DNA from: Paraspadella gotoi
Lineage: Eukaryota; Animalia; Chaetognatha
Length of the DNA: 64,000 nt
Direction of reading: 5' to 3'
Assembly (NCBI GenBank): GCA_051294375.1
Contig: CM119266.1
Span: forward strand, 7,650,606-7,714,605
Shown: positions 37,580 to 64,000 of the stretch, piece by piece
Numbering within the stretch: the first letter of the stretch is position 1
Layout: each line of letters begins with the position of its first letter
Notes under the pieces: model-generated
Seen by the model: only the letters and a program-made list of their open reading frames with translations
What the model was told of the DNA's origin: nothing
Database searches by the model: none
Translations under genes and position numbers: made by a program

Positions 37580-40500
37580 TCAGACTGAAGGCATCTTGAT
37601 CGACGAGCCACTTGAAGAGAGGAGATCCGCGATCCACTTGAAGACGTCGGGATAATTGGAGTCGTTGACGCAGAAGCCCAACTGAAGGAAAAAAGGTAAG
37701 GATCGGGTTGAGGCAAAAAGGTTTGGGTAAGGTAAGGTAAGGTTTTAAATACGGAAAGCGTTAAGTAAGGTTTTAAAAAATTACTTTAAAACTTTGAGAA
37801 AACGAAATATATTGCAATTGTTATTGCAATATAACTACAAATCCGAAATGAAAACGATATAAAACTTACTTCCCATTCCCCCACCCACCAACTCTCTTCC
37901 GCCCCCCCAAACCCCATCCACCATGTTCACCCAAAAACCCACCTGCGGATCGAATAGCCTTTCCAAAGCCTCCAGATTGGCGCCGGTGCAGGCGAAGGGC
38001 AAATCTTCGACGCCCTTGAAGGTCGGCACCGATGTTGCCGACGCAGACTCTTCAGGAATCTCAGCTCCGGCGGCGCCGGCGGCGTCGGCAGCCGTGTCGG
38101 AGGCTGCCGGAGCGGCGTTGCCGGATTTGGCGTCGAGAGAGGGCGTCGGAGGCGGAGGCGGCGGAGAGTCAAAGAGGGCGTGAGTCTCTGCGACGACCTG
38201 TTTGAGGAGGGCGGAGAGATCCGACTCCATCCGCTGGAGAGGGGTTGGTCCGATTTTGGCCTGCAGAAGAGAGAAGGAAAATTTGGGTTAAATTATCATT
38301 GTAGGTTTAACATCAATGTGGCAATAATTTTTTCATGATAAAGAGAAAATAAAGTTTAAAAAAAATTCACGAATTCAACTCACAAATCGCGAGCGGAAAA
38401 ATTAGCAAAATGATTTTTATCAAAATTATCCTTGAGAACATTATTATTCTTTTCTCCAATCACAATTGATAACCGAACACCGACCTGCAGCTTCGATGTG
38501 CTCTTCTTGCCTTTCTTGCTCGTTGCCGGCGGCGGAACTTGCAAGGAATCCTTGGATGCGACGGAATCCCTCTCCGCGCTAGCTCGCTCCAGCATCACGG
38601 TCTCGAACTGATGCGCCGTCGTCACCAACCGCTGGTGGAGGATGCGGAGTGACTGCGACGAGACGCTGGAGTAGCCGTTTTTCACCTTGGAGGATGAGGA
38701 GGCGGAGAAGTGGGATGAGGAAGAGAAAGAGAGAGAAATAAAGAGCTAAGTTTTTATATATTTAAATTTATGATCTTAGACTTAGGAACATTATTTAATA
38801 TTTCAAAATTTTCTGATTATTAATCGTTTTATTCTGAACCCTTTAAATTCTACAACTTGCATTTTAAATTCACATTTCTTTAGTTTCTTGGGTTTTAATC
38901 TAAAGACTAAGTTAATTATTAAATTATATTCTCAAATGATATACATATTTGAATTAAAAATTACAAATTGTATTACAAACTTTGTAATATGCTGATAATA
39001 ATTGTAAATACAAAAACACATCAAAACCCATATATTCTCACCTTCGAAGTCGTTGAAGCGGCAGACGTTACGGATGTGCTGGAAGCGGAGGCGGATGTGG
39101 TGGAACCTTCCTTCGGCAGACGGGTGGTGATGGAGTAAACCAGGAAGACTCGCTCAACCGCCGGCTCCCCGACGATCCCCGTCGACGATCCTTTCCGCAG
39201 AGCCTTGAGACGCGACTCGTAAAAGTTTCCCAGCGCCGGACGGAACCACTGGACGAAGAGTTCGTTGCCGAGAGCGAAGGGAAGCGAAGTGGTGGAGGAC
39301 GAGAGACCCGTCTCGCTGACTCCCTCCGCTAATTCGCCCAATTCGGGAATGGGATTCTCGATCTTTGCCGGGTTCCCGTCCACGTTTTCGAACGTGCGAA
39401 GGTTGGCGTCGTAGTGGACGACCAGCTTCGTGACGTCCTTGTTTTTGATGGAAGGATTTTCCGCCGTGGTCTTGAAGTAAAACTCCTTCGTCGGCTGCGG
39501 CGCCTGGCAGTTGGCGGCGTAAGGCGGCAAGTTTTTGAGCAAGAACTTTTGGATGGAACATAGACGCATGTGACAGTGAGCGTTGGTCAAAGGGGTCTCC
39601 ACGACGCCTTTGACTTGAAGGTTCTGCGGTGGCGATGGTAGATGGACGGCGTTTATTGTCGAGGATTTGCGTAGGCCAAGTTTCAAATCTTGTTCGTTTC
39701 TAATGTGCGTGGACAGAGTTAGCGATGACAGGCGTTGCAGTATCGCTTGATACTTTAAAATTTGTATCCAGGTGATTTGATAAGATTTTTCGGGAGCTTT
39801 TGGTCGCTCAATTCCTTCGATGTCCTCGTCTTCTGTTTCAGGACCTTCCTCGCCTTCTTCGCCAAAGGGTTGATTGATGATATTTCTCGCCTCGTCGATT
39901 TCGTCCTGGTCACTTCTGTTCCCTAAAATTGCTTCAAATTTCAAATTGTGAGAAGGATCGCAAAGGGCCAACTCTTCTTCAAATTTGGTTTGATAAATTT
40001 GTTTTTTTGGTTCAAATAATGCTAAACTCAAAAGATCCATCATCATGAATTCAGGAATATTTATTTGCGCTTGGGCGGCCCAAACTTTATATTCAGCTGC
40101 TTTACAAGCTCCAAAAAGTTTGACCCGTTCTTGCTGAGCCAATCCTGCAGCAGTTGCAAGGCGTACCGCGGTCGATGCAGCTGCTCTTTCTCTCGCTTTT
40201 TGACGCAAAACAGACTTTTTTGGACTCACAGATCGAATTTGACTGGACGATTCGGCATCAATTTGTTCCGGTTGTTCATCTGCAACGCCGGATATCAATG
40301 AAGATGATGCGGTTATCTCGTGCAGTTCGCTTGAGCATTGTAAAAGAATGGCTAATTCCAAAAACATTTTCCTTATGAAAGTTAGATTGTGATCAAGATT
40401 TGAAGACAGATAAATTGCGCGTAAAATGTGCGAGTTGGCGCCTACAATGCTCCCATAATGGCCGAGGATAGCAAGAACTGCCTTGACTATTCCCAAATAA

Positions 40501-43500
40501 CTTTCCAGCTCAAGCTCTATATTGCTTTTTCGGGATGAAATAACCCGATTGATATTGTGAGCAGTTGCAAGTATGGCATAGCATAAAGACAAATCTTCAG
40601 CTAGCTCCTCACATTTGTCAAAATCTTTGTTAACGCTTTTACATATCGTCAAAGCTATCCGAAATTGAATTTCTACTAAAACTGTCAGTAACTTGGAATG
40701 TACATTTTTTAAAGGAGCTTTAATATGTGTAAGATCTGAATTCCATTCATTTTCTTCCACAACTTCTCCCTGTAGAGATAAGTTAGCAAATATGATTTCT
40801 CTTGCTTCTCTGTACTTCTGAATAGAATGGTAATCAATAACTGTTTCCCAGTCATTTCCTGACATATCAAGATCTGCTTTAAAAATTAAAGCTTTTGACC
40901 AAAGGGAACTTCCAAATGCGGACATTTGACTTTCAACAATACTACTCAAGATTTCAAGGCAATGATTTAAACCAACTAAAACGTTATTAGTTGCCTGCCC
41001 TTCCTTTAAAGCAACCTCAGCCGCTGAGAAAAATAAAGCAGCTTTAGTTTCTTTATCATCAATCATATCTGCTTCTTCAATTCCAGCTGTGCAGTGAGAC
41101 ATGGCATCTCCAATAATACTAATTGCTTTGGTTTTACTTTCAAAGTACAGTTCCTCGACTTGTGAAACGTGTAAATTCTTTATTTCTTGAACAAGACTCT
41201 GGACTAATTTCAATCTCAATTGAACCCACATTTTACTATTCACGTGAGAGCATGCTTTCAATTCTCCTGGATTGGTTGGATCCATATCTTCTAGTATAAA
41301 GTTGCTGTTATCCATTGGAAAAACTTTATTTTTAGATATTTGTTCTAGAGCTAAATAACAGCATCGAGCTGCTCGATTAGCATGATGCCTTTGCAATGAA
41401 ATACAAGACATCTCGTCAAGACAAAGAATGAATGTTTCCAACTCTGATACTGAGAGAGAAGGAGTTTGTGTTTTCATTTGCTCCATTTCTTTTAGAGGGG
41501 AATCAGTCAGATTGGTGGAAGAATTTATTGTTTCCAAAAATGCTGTAAAAATTCCGCTGATTAATGACTCGCCTGTGTGAAGCAAATAGCCCTTTAACAA
41601 ATTCAAAGAAACTGGCTTGAAACCTGATGATAAGGGATTGTTCACAAGCTGAATCTCACTTCCAGCATCACTCGCTGACTCTTCAACAGTGCCCACAGCC
41701 TTTCCAGCTTTATCCTGAGGTGGAGCCATAGCTGACTTATTTGCTGGTGTCCCTCCATCTGAATCCCCTGCTTCCTGCATCTGAGCCATTATATCCTCGT
41801 ACATAGGGAACACATTTAAAGTATCAGCTAATTGAATTAAAGCATGTGCATGGATTATCATAACTTTGCAAGTCAGCTGGGCCCCATAAAGACTTGTCAG
41901 TCCGGGTGACAATCTTTTTTCCATGATGTAATCAATAAATTTTAAATTACCTGGATCTAATATTGACACCTCATTTTTGAATTCAAATGAAGCAGGATTA
42001 CTCTCTGAAACTCTCCACAAAGAGCTGCATTGTTGAGGTAATCTAAAGCCATTTAGTAACAGTTGTAAATTGAAAAAAGCCTCAGCATGTAAATCAGAAT
42101 CTGACAGAGCTCTGATTTTTAAAATACGGCTTTCAACACATTCACTAACATCTCTGCAGTAATGAGAAGCAAAATGATTATAAATAGTTAGAATAGGCAA
42201 GGATATCAACCAATGATTGTTAGAAACTAATTCATGCCCAAGCCAGGACAAAGAACCCACAAGCATTCTTGGATCTAATCGATATTTATCACTCATAAAA
42301 TCAATGCATGGCATAATATCGCAATCGCCGGAAGATCCAACACCAATGTCATAAGTTGAATACTCTATATCTTTTTGTGGGTGTGTGATTGATGCTCGTA
42401 ATAAAGCTTTGAAAAACATTGAAGCAATAAGGCAGAGTTCTTTCTTTTTTGTAGAGTTGTTGTTAGTGTAGTATTTTGCAATTTTTACGACTAAAACTCC
42501 GCTAAACAAGGCTCCCCATAACCCACATTGCCTCAAAATCTCTGATGGCACATCCCCATTGAAATTCCAACAATCATTCCATTTTGCAAGTATGTCATCA
42601 TTTTTACAGCATAAATCTAGAGCTTCTGCCCAAAGTTGATAAGCTGTTTTTGGTTTTTTTACATAGTGATAAATATTTCCAAGTTCATGTAAAGCTTGCA
42701 CTACCAGTTCTTCTTGTTGCTTGGCTTTTAAAAGCTGAATTGCTTTATTGTATGCATCTATAACTAAATCAAATTTGCTTTTTGGGAGTGATAAGGATAA
42801 CACCTCATTTGTGCTTTTGTACTCTTTAATGTTTGGATTCTTAGGAAATGATGATGGAGTACGCATTTTATCAAAGTTGTATTCAAGACGAAAAACGTCT
42901 TCACCATCCTCAGACATTTTACCTACAAGTTTTTTCTTTCCATCAACTTCTCCCGCTCCTTTAACAGAACCTTTTTTATCACTATCTTTTACTGTGCTTT
43001 GACGAGTGACAGTTTTAACTGATCCTGCTTTGGAAGATCTACCAGTTGTCGAATCATCTGCTTTTTTCTGACCAGAGACTGCTTTTCCATCTGCCTGAGT
43101 AGAATCCTCTGCAATTGAATCCATTTGTCGCTTAAGCACTCGTTCCTGTGCCTCTTTTTTCAGTTCTTCAATATCTTTGGAGTAAGTCTTCGATAGAAAC
43201 AGGAGCATAAGTTTCCTTGCATGTTGAAGAGCTAGAGATGCATAGTTTATGTTTTCAACTAAACACCTAAATGATGTGAGGCTTTCAGATATGTTCAGAG
43301 GAACACAAATCAGCTTATGACCATCGGGTTGAAATTTAGTTAATGCTGACTCTGCTTTTCCTGCTTTTACTTTTTTTGAAATCTGTGCAGGATGAATGAA
43401 AACTCTATACTGTAAATTTAGGTATTTCAAATCATCAATAGGTTTTCCAAGAATTTTTTCGACTTCTAAATAATAAGGTTGAGTTGGTTTTGGTCCACCA

Positions 43501-46500
43501 TTTCTTTCTAGTTTTTCATGTAATTGTCTAATAGAAAGTATAAGAAAAGGATTGACGTGGTAAGCATATAGGCCATTAGATATGGCATTAAAACGCAGCA
43601 CAATATCAGATAAAAACTCAAACCGTCCTTCCTTAAACAGAAGCTCAATAGATTCAAATACAACTTCTCTAATAAGACGTAGATCAAACTTGGAATAATC
43701 ATCAAAGTTTTTAGAGAAACGAAGCCCACTTCCTCCAAAATCTTTTTTAACATCTCCCATCCATTTATTTGTCATTGGGATAATTGGAAGTAATTGCTTA
43801 TTTTTTCTTGGTATTTTTTGGGGAATGAAACTTTCATCCTCTTTGACGAGCATGTCCAACAAACAGTCTGCAGCTTTACGATATACTGAACATAATAGAT
43901 GCTGAATCTTTTCCTTATCGATCAAAACTCCTGCAGCACAATTCATGATAGAAGTAACAGAGTTGGACAAAGAAATTACAGCATTCTGGAGCATGATCCA
44001 ATGAGAACCTCTATGAGCAAGAACTATTGATCGTGAGAAAGACTCGAGCATTTTAGAAACAAGCTCTAGTGCTTCTCGGTGGCTGAGTCCCCCCTGACCT
44101 TGTGCAGTTTGCTCCCGAGAAGGAGATAGAGTCCCACGAGTCTGACCAGAAGGGGGCCTTCCTATATCAGTAGCTTGAGAAGAACGTCCTGTTGTGGCCA
44201 AAGCAGCAGCTTTTTCTAGAGCACGACTCCGTGTGCGAAGATTGGCACCACCTAATGCAATCCCCAGATTGCTTGGGGCAACGCCTGATAAACTAGCTTG
44301 ATCAGATTGAATCTTTTTTGTTTTTTCTGCTTTGGTGGTCAAACCAAAAATTATGGATCCAATTGTGGGCGTTGTAAACCACTCATAGTCCATTTGTGAG
44401 ATGGCAAATATTTTGTTTGTATTATCTGACAATTTGTCTCTCAATTCTAGTTTTTGGTGAAAAATTAAAAAATAAGAAAGACCTTGCAGAGTGTAAAGCT
44501 GAGCTTTGAGCGGAATTTCTTCCAAAACTATCTTTCTCCTTTTTCTTCTATCCATCATGGTATAAAAAATTTCAGGAAAGTGCTGTGTAAGAGTTTCCAT
44601 AGCTGTAGCTTGACGCTGTGCTTCTTCATCATCGCCATATCCTGGTCCTCCAGGGATTGGTTTGAATTTTGCCTTTTTGGCTGGTGGTTTTTTTCCTGAA
44701 AAAAATTGTTTTAAATGAGATACTTTTAGTATTCAAACCTTTTAGCAACCCTTTCCCAACTAATTGTAAATAAAAACCAGATCAGTCCATCCAATGTATT
44801 GCGCCTCAGTGACTTTCTTTTCACGTGTATTTTCCTGTGATCACATGAATACATGACTATGAATTTTATGTTTAACAAACGTCTTGTGGTTGATCACTAC
44901 ACTTTATAACTTTAAAATCCAGACACTCTATGAAAACATTTTAAAAATTATATATTATGAGAGAGTCTTGATTGAAAGCTTGCAGGGACCTGCTATGTCA
45001 TTATCTTGTAAGAGTGATGGAGGCCTTAAACCACCAAAGCCTGTCCAAAGTCAGGGGCAAGATAGCTTATTTATTAAATGAATGGATAATTTTTATATTG
45101 GTTGTACCAATTTCATAAAAAAATATTTTTTTTTTTAAAAAAGGGAATCAATGTGTCTAAATTTTATTACAATCGGTCAAGTGGTTTAAGAAATAAGATT
45201 TTTTAAACTTGAGTGTTCCAAAATAAAACGGGAAAATCGACTGTACTGTGCAAAGTTTTATTTCAAACAACCAGACATTACATAAAATATGCTGCATTTA
45301 CATTGTGATTACATGATCGTAGCGAGTTATGAGCATTTTTAATATAAGTGGGACAGACAGACGGACAGACATACCAACGCAGCGAAACTAATAACAAAAC
45401 AAACCACTGAAAACCAAATCACCTTTATTCTTATCTTTCTTTTTTTCTTTTTTACTTGCTTTACTTGCTTTACTGGCTTTACTGGCTTTACTGTTTGGAC
45501 GTGAAGCTAGTATAAAAAGAACATTTTCACGCCTTTAAAATTAATTAAATTTTTACAATACTGCTTACCTTCTTCTTTTCCTTTGGCATCTGTTTGGGAC
45601 ATCTCTTCATATTGGTGGGTTTTTGAAAGCCACAAGAGTGTATCCTCGCACCAATCCAAAGCGATTTCTGCTGCATTTTCAGCGAGGGCTTTCTCTATGA
45701 CATGTACAAAAAACTCCACGTACTTTGCTCTTCTTTTGAACTTAAGAATATTTCGAGATAGCCTAAACAGATGCCCTTCCAAAGTTTTTAATTCCTCATT
45801 TAAATTTGTCAATTCTTTTCCAGGTTTAACAGGCTCAGAGTTTTCTGGTTTCTTTTTCCTTCTTTTTGTTTGAGCCATTCTAATTCCACTCAGTATGGAG
45901 GGCATTTCTTCCGCACATAGAAGCGCTTCTATTTCTGGTTGTTGGGGTGGTTCAGTAGATCCGGCTCCTCCAGCCCCTCCACCGCCCGCAGCTCCACCTT
46001 TTTCCACTGCCGCCCCTTTGCCCTCTCCAGGGCCAGGTGGTTTGCCTCCTTCACCCACCTTTCCTCCACTTTCTTTCACTTCAGCTGGCGTCAAAATATT
46101 TTTTCCCAACTCAAAGATGGCACTTGAAAAACTTTTTTGCCCAAAACAATTTTTCATAATGGAAGAAAGATGAAATGTTGCAGTTGCCACCATGTGTTGA
46201 ACAATATCAGAGGTATCAAGTTTATTAAATCCAGTGCTAGATTTTTTGGTTGGAAGTATAAGAGGTTTTGGTATAGCTTGTATCGCAGCCATACAACGTT
46301 GGAGGATTTGTGCAACTGATATAGTTTGTATTTTTTGAGACAACAGAGGAGCTACCAATCCATATGTGTATGTCACAGACATGAGCAGCAAGCTAGGATC
46401 ATTAAGTATTCCGGAGAGTTCTACTGCCACTAAAAGTCTTTCACAACCTCTTAGCCTAGTCATTTGAGATTCATACATAGCTCCTGATTTGTCAACTTTT

Positions 46501-49500
46501 AATATTTTATTGTACGGAACATTAAATTCTTTTGTCAACAGGTTAGAATATATAAATATGGTATTCATAAACTGCCGAAGGGAAATTAAAGAAGATTTTC
46601 TGATACTTGACTGATTTAGACTTATGAGTCTAAATATACTATTTTCTTCAACTTTAGGGTCAACATCAATTTCTTCTGTGAAATGTCTCCATACCATATC
46701 ACATGCTTTCATAGAAATTTTATTCCGATTCCTTCGATAGCTCGTTTCAGCTAAATAGCACCAAGCAAGAGTCAATGGGAATGGTGTGGCAGCAACAATT
46801 GGTGGAGTAATTTTTCCTATTTCATCGCCAATTAACTGACCATTTTCTGCATAAGCTGCCACAGCAAAAACATATTTTTCATTTTCTTCAAGCCCAGAGA
46901 CAATAAAAGTTGGATCAGCTTTAACATAAACAGGTTCTCCTGTTCCAATAAAATCCATATCTTGTAACCTCACTCTACAATTTGGACCAGTAAATGGTTT
47001 ACAGTAAATACGATACCAACTAACAACACCTTTTTTAGGAGTCCAAGGTGATGGTTTTAAAATTACTGATGAAGCATTTCTAAATACTACATAGGGAGCT
47101 GGCGGAGAAGTGCTAACAACATTTTCTGCATTAAGATTAGCTTGTGATTTATTCCATTTAACCAACTTTTTTTCTTCAAGGTTTGCTTTTGTCAACATGC
47201 ATTCTGCATTTTGCATCAACTGATTTTGTTCTCTCTCTGATAAATCATCTCCAAGCTCAAGACTTTTATTCATTTGGTAAAGCCCATAAGCAAGACTGTT
47301 TTTCTTGCAAACAAGTTGAGAAATATCCAATTCTGGTTTTAATGAAGCATCTTGGAGAGCGAGCAGTTTTAAAGGTTTTGTTAAATTTTCAAGTCGCTGG
47401 CGCTCTTTACTGATGACATCATCTAATATGATAAGCTGGTAATTTAAACACAGAAGCTCCACGTACAATGCCGAATGCATTCCCTGAATTGCTGATGGTT
47501 CTGCATGCCTCAGCTCATCAAAACTCAAATCGAGAATTTGCTTAGTGGCAAACTTCATTTTACTTTGTTTGTTACTTTCTAATTCTATTTTACTGACATT
47601 TTGCCAATTTAGAGTAGCATCCATTTTTTGAAAACTTGACAATGATTTCAATGCTTTTTGACATGATGACTTAGCAATTTCGATTTGTTCAGAAGGAGAA
47701 CAATACATAAATGATGAGGCATCTAACGATGTATTGCTACTCCCTTGAGGTGCTTTTAATTCTGGTGATGGTGAAGATTGTCCAGTCGGAGGATTCATAG
47801 GCCCAGGCGAAATTACTGATGTGTCATACTGATATTCTCTTGGAAGATCAATATCCATTGGAATGAGGTCTTCAGGCGGGGATACCAATGATCGCACCAT
47901 TCGGGTCTGATTAATAACAGTTTCTCGTTGAAGAGGCTCCATTTGAGCAAGACCTTTTATCACAGTGGCATAACGTAAAGAAACTTCAGCAAACATTGTT
48001 GCATCAATCCTTGCAATGTCAATCCATTCGGATAATAGAAATACAGTTTCTAGCATGTGGACCCATTTACCAGGTGAATCCATCTTAAAAATGTAAGAAG
48101 AAATTTCTTTTGCACTCGTTCCACCTTGGTACTTGTGAAAAACTACTTTAACTTTATTCCACAAAAAAAATATTGCATCGGTGATCATATCCATGTCCAT
48201 ATTTTTCTGACTAAACTTTCGGTTCTTCAAATTCATGGAACTATCCAAAGACATCAACTCTCTCAACCCTTTTGCCAAAGATAGCAAATCATCCCCAGTA
48301 CTTTTTTCTTTGCTACGTTGAGGACCACCAACAACGCTTAATGGAGTAGCTTTTCCAGATCCTCCTTTTGGAGTAGCTTTTCCAGAACCTCCTTTAGGAG
48401 TAGCTTTTCTCTTCCCTGTAGAAGGCGCAGGAGTTGCGGACTCTTCCTGAGCTGCAGCAGCTGCTGCAGCATTTTGTTTTCTCATTTGCTTCCGTTTGGG
48501 GTTGACTCGGTCCATTGCTTGCAAAACTTTAAGAATAGCTTCATCGAGAATATAATTTTCTATTCCAGGCCCGCCCGTCATCTTCACATAATTTATAAAG
48601 TTCAATGTATTTTCGAGCAAACTCTCAAGAGATTCCCACTGCTCATAACAATAAGCCAATTTTACAACGTGAATGACTGAATGTAACGGAACTCCATCTT
48701 CACAATCGGTAGCCATTTCTATCAGGGGTTTTCCAAGCACCACACCACCCATGTCTTTAACAGCAGCAGTTGAGTTTATTGCCTCAGCATCCAACGTTTG
48801 ATTACCTCCTCCACCCATGACGATGTAAGAAGCCGCCATAAAGAGTTCGGAATATAAATCCAAAACTTCAACTTCTGTCTCCAACGCTGGTGGAGAGGAG
48901 ATGAGTATTCGCCTAGTAGAATCGTTCAAAGTTTCCAAAATTGCCAGAAATTGAGCCGCGGAACCTTCAAACATTTCCCACAGTATTTTTTCAGTGCTCG
49001 TCCGCGGCCAGGGCAACTGCAGGTTTTCTTTGAGAACTGTCCTCGTCTTGGGACGAGCCATTCCTTTTGGTTTCTTCCTGGTCTCCACAACCTGCCGCTT
49101 AAAAACAACGATGGCAAGCTTAAGGCAAGCTTTCCTAATCAAAGCTTGTGTCTTTGGTACTTCCACGCCATCCTTGCTCATCTTCTCGAGCAGGCCCAAT
49201 TCTCCGATCTTGCCGAGACCCCGTTTGGCGAACTGTTCGGCGAGATGATCCTCCTTGCATTCCATGTATATCTCACAAACGGCGCTGTACAAAGTTCCTC
49301 TCCAATCCAAATATTCCACGGTCATCAGAGGGATCAGGTTCTCGATGCAGCTCACGCTCCAGAGCAAGAATTGCAAGACTTTGGCCGAGAATCCGGCGAT
49401 CATGAGTTCGCGGGAGACGTTGTAGATGGCTATGGTGCCGTTGTAAACGGCCCAGGAATACTTTTCGTCGTGAAGGAGGCTCTGGGTGAAGAGTTGTAAC

Positions 49501-50363
49501 AGAGTCAAGAGTTTGAGACCTCTCTCCACAGTTTCGGGATTTATGATTCTTGGGTCCAACTCGAGCGACTCTTGAAAGACGCACTGGAAGAGGCCGACGA
49601 TGGCGCGGAGCTTGAACTTGGTTCCTTCCTCGGCGAGACCCTCGGGGTAGAAGACCCTCTTGAACTCTTCCACGTTGGAGATGTCGTAGATGCTGTCGAA
49701 ATCCTGCGCGGAGAGACTCTTGGAGATGAGCCGAGCGTAGCAGCCCCAAGCGGCGAGAGAATGGAGACCCGAATCTTCTAAGAACTCGGCGATCTCGAGG
49801 AAACGAGAGTCGAAGATGGAAAGGGGAACGAGGCCGCGGTATTTATCACAGATGTCGCTCAACATGTTGGCGCCTGAAGAGAGGAAGAGGAGGAGGAGGA
49901 GAAGAACAAGAGAGCAAGATCAAATACAGGGGCAAGATAGATTGTTTCTTAAATGAATGAATAATTTTTATTTTGGTTTGACAAATTTCATACAATAGCA
50001 GTGGGCACTGGACGTGATACATGATACTGATACATGACACATATTTGGCCTTTAGTCATAGTTTCCCTTGATGCTTATGTGTGTAGTGAATTAATCGTGT
50101 TGAATTCCAAATTAAACATGTATAAAAACACACCTATCCTCTCGATTTGGATTCCCTCCATCACCTGCCACCCTCCTCTCACCCTTAGAAGGCGGTTCTC
50201 TCGGATCTTTCGTCCTCCGCCGCATGAAGACATAAAACTGTTTGACATCGCGTTCGAACGAAGTCAACAGAGGATTAGGTTTTCCATCTTTGGGCAAATA
50301 AAAGGAGGCGCCTTTGATTTGGTTGAGGCGATTGCAGGCACTCTCTTTTATGGTGATGCTCAT
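37580..50363 (-). CDS. CFAP54: Cilia- and flagella-associated protein 54 (central pair C1d), 7 coding exons, two of them giant
   Basis: Phase-consistent exons 50363-50183, 49873-45569, 45506-45423, 44695-39042, 38685-38485, 38260-37943, 37681-37580. Motifs W.VYNGTI.IY..SRELM, LMTVEYLDWR.TLY.AV, PWPRTSTE, GL..NEKYVFAVAAY, and C-terminal LFDP..G..FKWI. Kozak-like CACCATG. A probable non-coding upstream exon ends at 50448. Confidence 0.9.
44960..45400. mobile_element. Intronic repeat-derived sequence, HINE-like, with a GACA/GACG tract
   Basis: Homologous to 26221-26346 and other fragments. GGACAGACAGACGGACAGAC at 45351-45370. Confidence 0.5.
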
Positions 50364-51236
50364 GGTGCTGGATGAAGAGAGAGAATCGAGGAATTAATTT
50401 AGTTTTTATTTCATTTAATTCAAATTCAATATAATTTTTTCTTTTACCTGGACAGATGAGACGAAGATCCGTGCTTAGGTGGTTTACTGTGACATAGTTT
50501 ATGATTCAAACGTGTTTTGACATGTTTTTTATATCTAAACGTGTTTCAATAAAGAAAGTAATAAATTAATTCAATAATTAAGATAATAAATTAAAACTTT
50601 AATAAATTAAAAGTCTGGTTGAGACTGTCGTCTTTGGCAATAAAATTTTAAGTATCTCATCAAGATTTTTGTAAAAACGCGTGAATCAAACTACAAATAA
50701 TACTATCAATTCTACTAAAACGATATTTTTACTAATTACGTGATCGAAAAAAAGTTATCGATAAAAAAAATATTTTATCTCGATTTAAATTGACAACCAC
50801 GACGTAACATTTCATAAAATATTTAAAAACATTTAAAATAACCCTAACACTTAATTCTCATAAGAAATAATTATAAAATAAACAAAAGATCATCTATTGA
50901 TTTGTAAAATTTTCTATCTTCAAATTTCAACAATAACTGGAGATCAGTGAAAGTGGACTACTACTTAAAGTGAAGGTGGTCATGGGAGTAGGGAAACAAA
51001 AGTCATTAGTGAACCGGTGAAGCCCTACCATAGGCTTTTTAATTCCATTGTTTTGTTTTTTGGTTTTTTTTGGTGAGTTTGTGATTGTCTTTATGTTTTT
51101 TTTCAATATTCTTGTTTCCTCGTCTCCTAGTATTTTTTTTGTTGTTTTTTTTTCGCTCCAACGGAATCCGCTCCTCCCCAGGAATCCTCGCTTCCTCCCA
51201 GCGCCGCTCCTCTTGTTCCTTTGTTTTCTTGCTTCA

Positions 51237-63685
<12,449 letters not shown>

Positions 63686-64000
63686 CTGATTTGCATATCG
63701 TAGGTATTTGTTTATTTTTTTATTCCGTTTATTTTGTCAAATAATAATTTAATTTTTGGCAAAATTGTCTTATTTTTAAACTCATTTAACGCTTTGGTTA
63801 AATTTCCTTTACATAATATTCACATTTATTGATAAACGAGAATCGCATCCTTCTTTCGAAATTGCCTACTTTCATTTTTAGTCTGCTTATTGCAGATTCC
63901 GACTCTATAATCCATTTTGCCACCCCAAAAACTTGTCGGTAAATTATTTTTATCATAATCTAACAGAGGGATATCTCTGTATGTGAATGGTTACCCTGAT

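Noticed and set aside
39021-49865. ORFs of 1859 aa and 1452 aa as two separate genes
   Set aside because: They join in phase via GT-AG introns and an 84-nt exon into a single CFAP54.
50484-50495. uORF Met-Ser-Gln-stop in the presumed CFAP54 leader exon
   Set aside because: The transcript start is unknown and three-codon uORFs are common by chance.

Overview
Eukaryotic, most likely invertebrate animal, nuclear DNA with GT-AG introns. The ORF track therefore shows only exon fragments plus many spurious microsatellite and antisense ORFs. From about 4.7 kb to the right edge, seven genes lie head-to-tail on the minus strand with only 404-943 bp between one stop codon and the next ATG. In transcription order they are DYNC2H1 (5' part outside the window), CFAP54, CCDC13, ARL6/BBS3, PIH1D2, IFT81 and a large coiled-coil gene tentatively resembling CCDC30. 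Every confidently identified gene is cilia-related, and they belong to unrelated families, so this looks like a functional ciliary gene cluster. It may be operon-like, because 3' splice-site-like sequences lie upstream of several start codons. All 25 tRNA loci found (24 intact, 1 pseudogene) sit inside introns of these genes, in both orientations. These include 13 different isotypes, one copy each, in a single PIH1D2 intron, and a 152-bp tandem tRNA-Asp array in IFT81. Other structure includes (GA)n/(UC)n microsatellites polarised to donor and acceptor ends of introns, a 45-bp repeat that quadruplicates an IFT81 donor site, and CpG-poor giant exons in CFAP54 and DYNC2H1. The left end carries two intronless membrane-protein ORFs (one XK-related-like and frameshifted). 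Helentron/HINE-like repeats are also present. Gene identities come from recalled homologue motifs, not database searches. Exon boundaries were read by hand.
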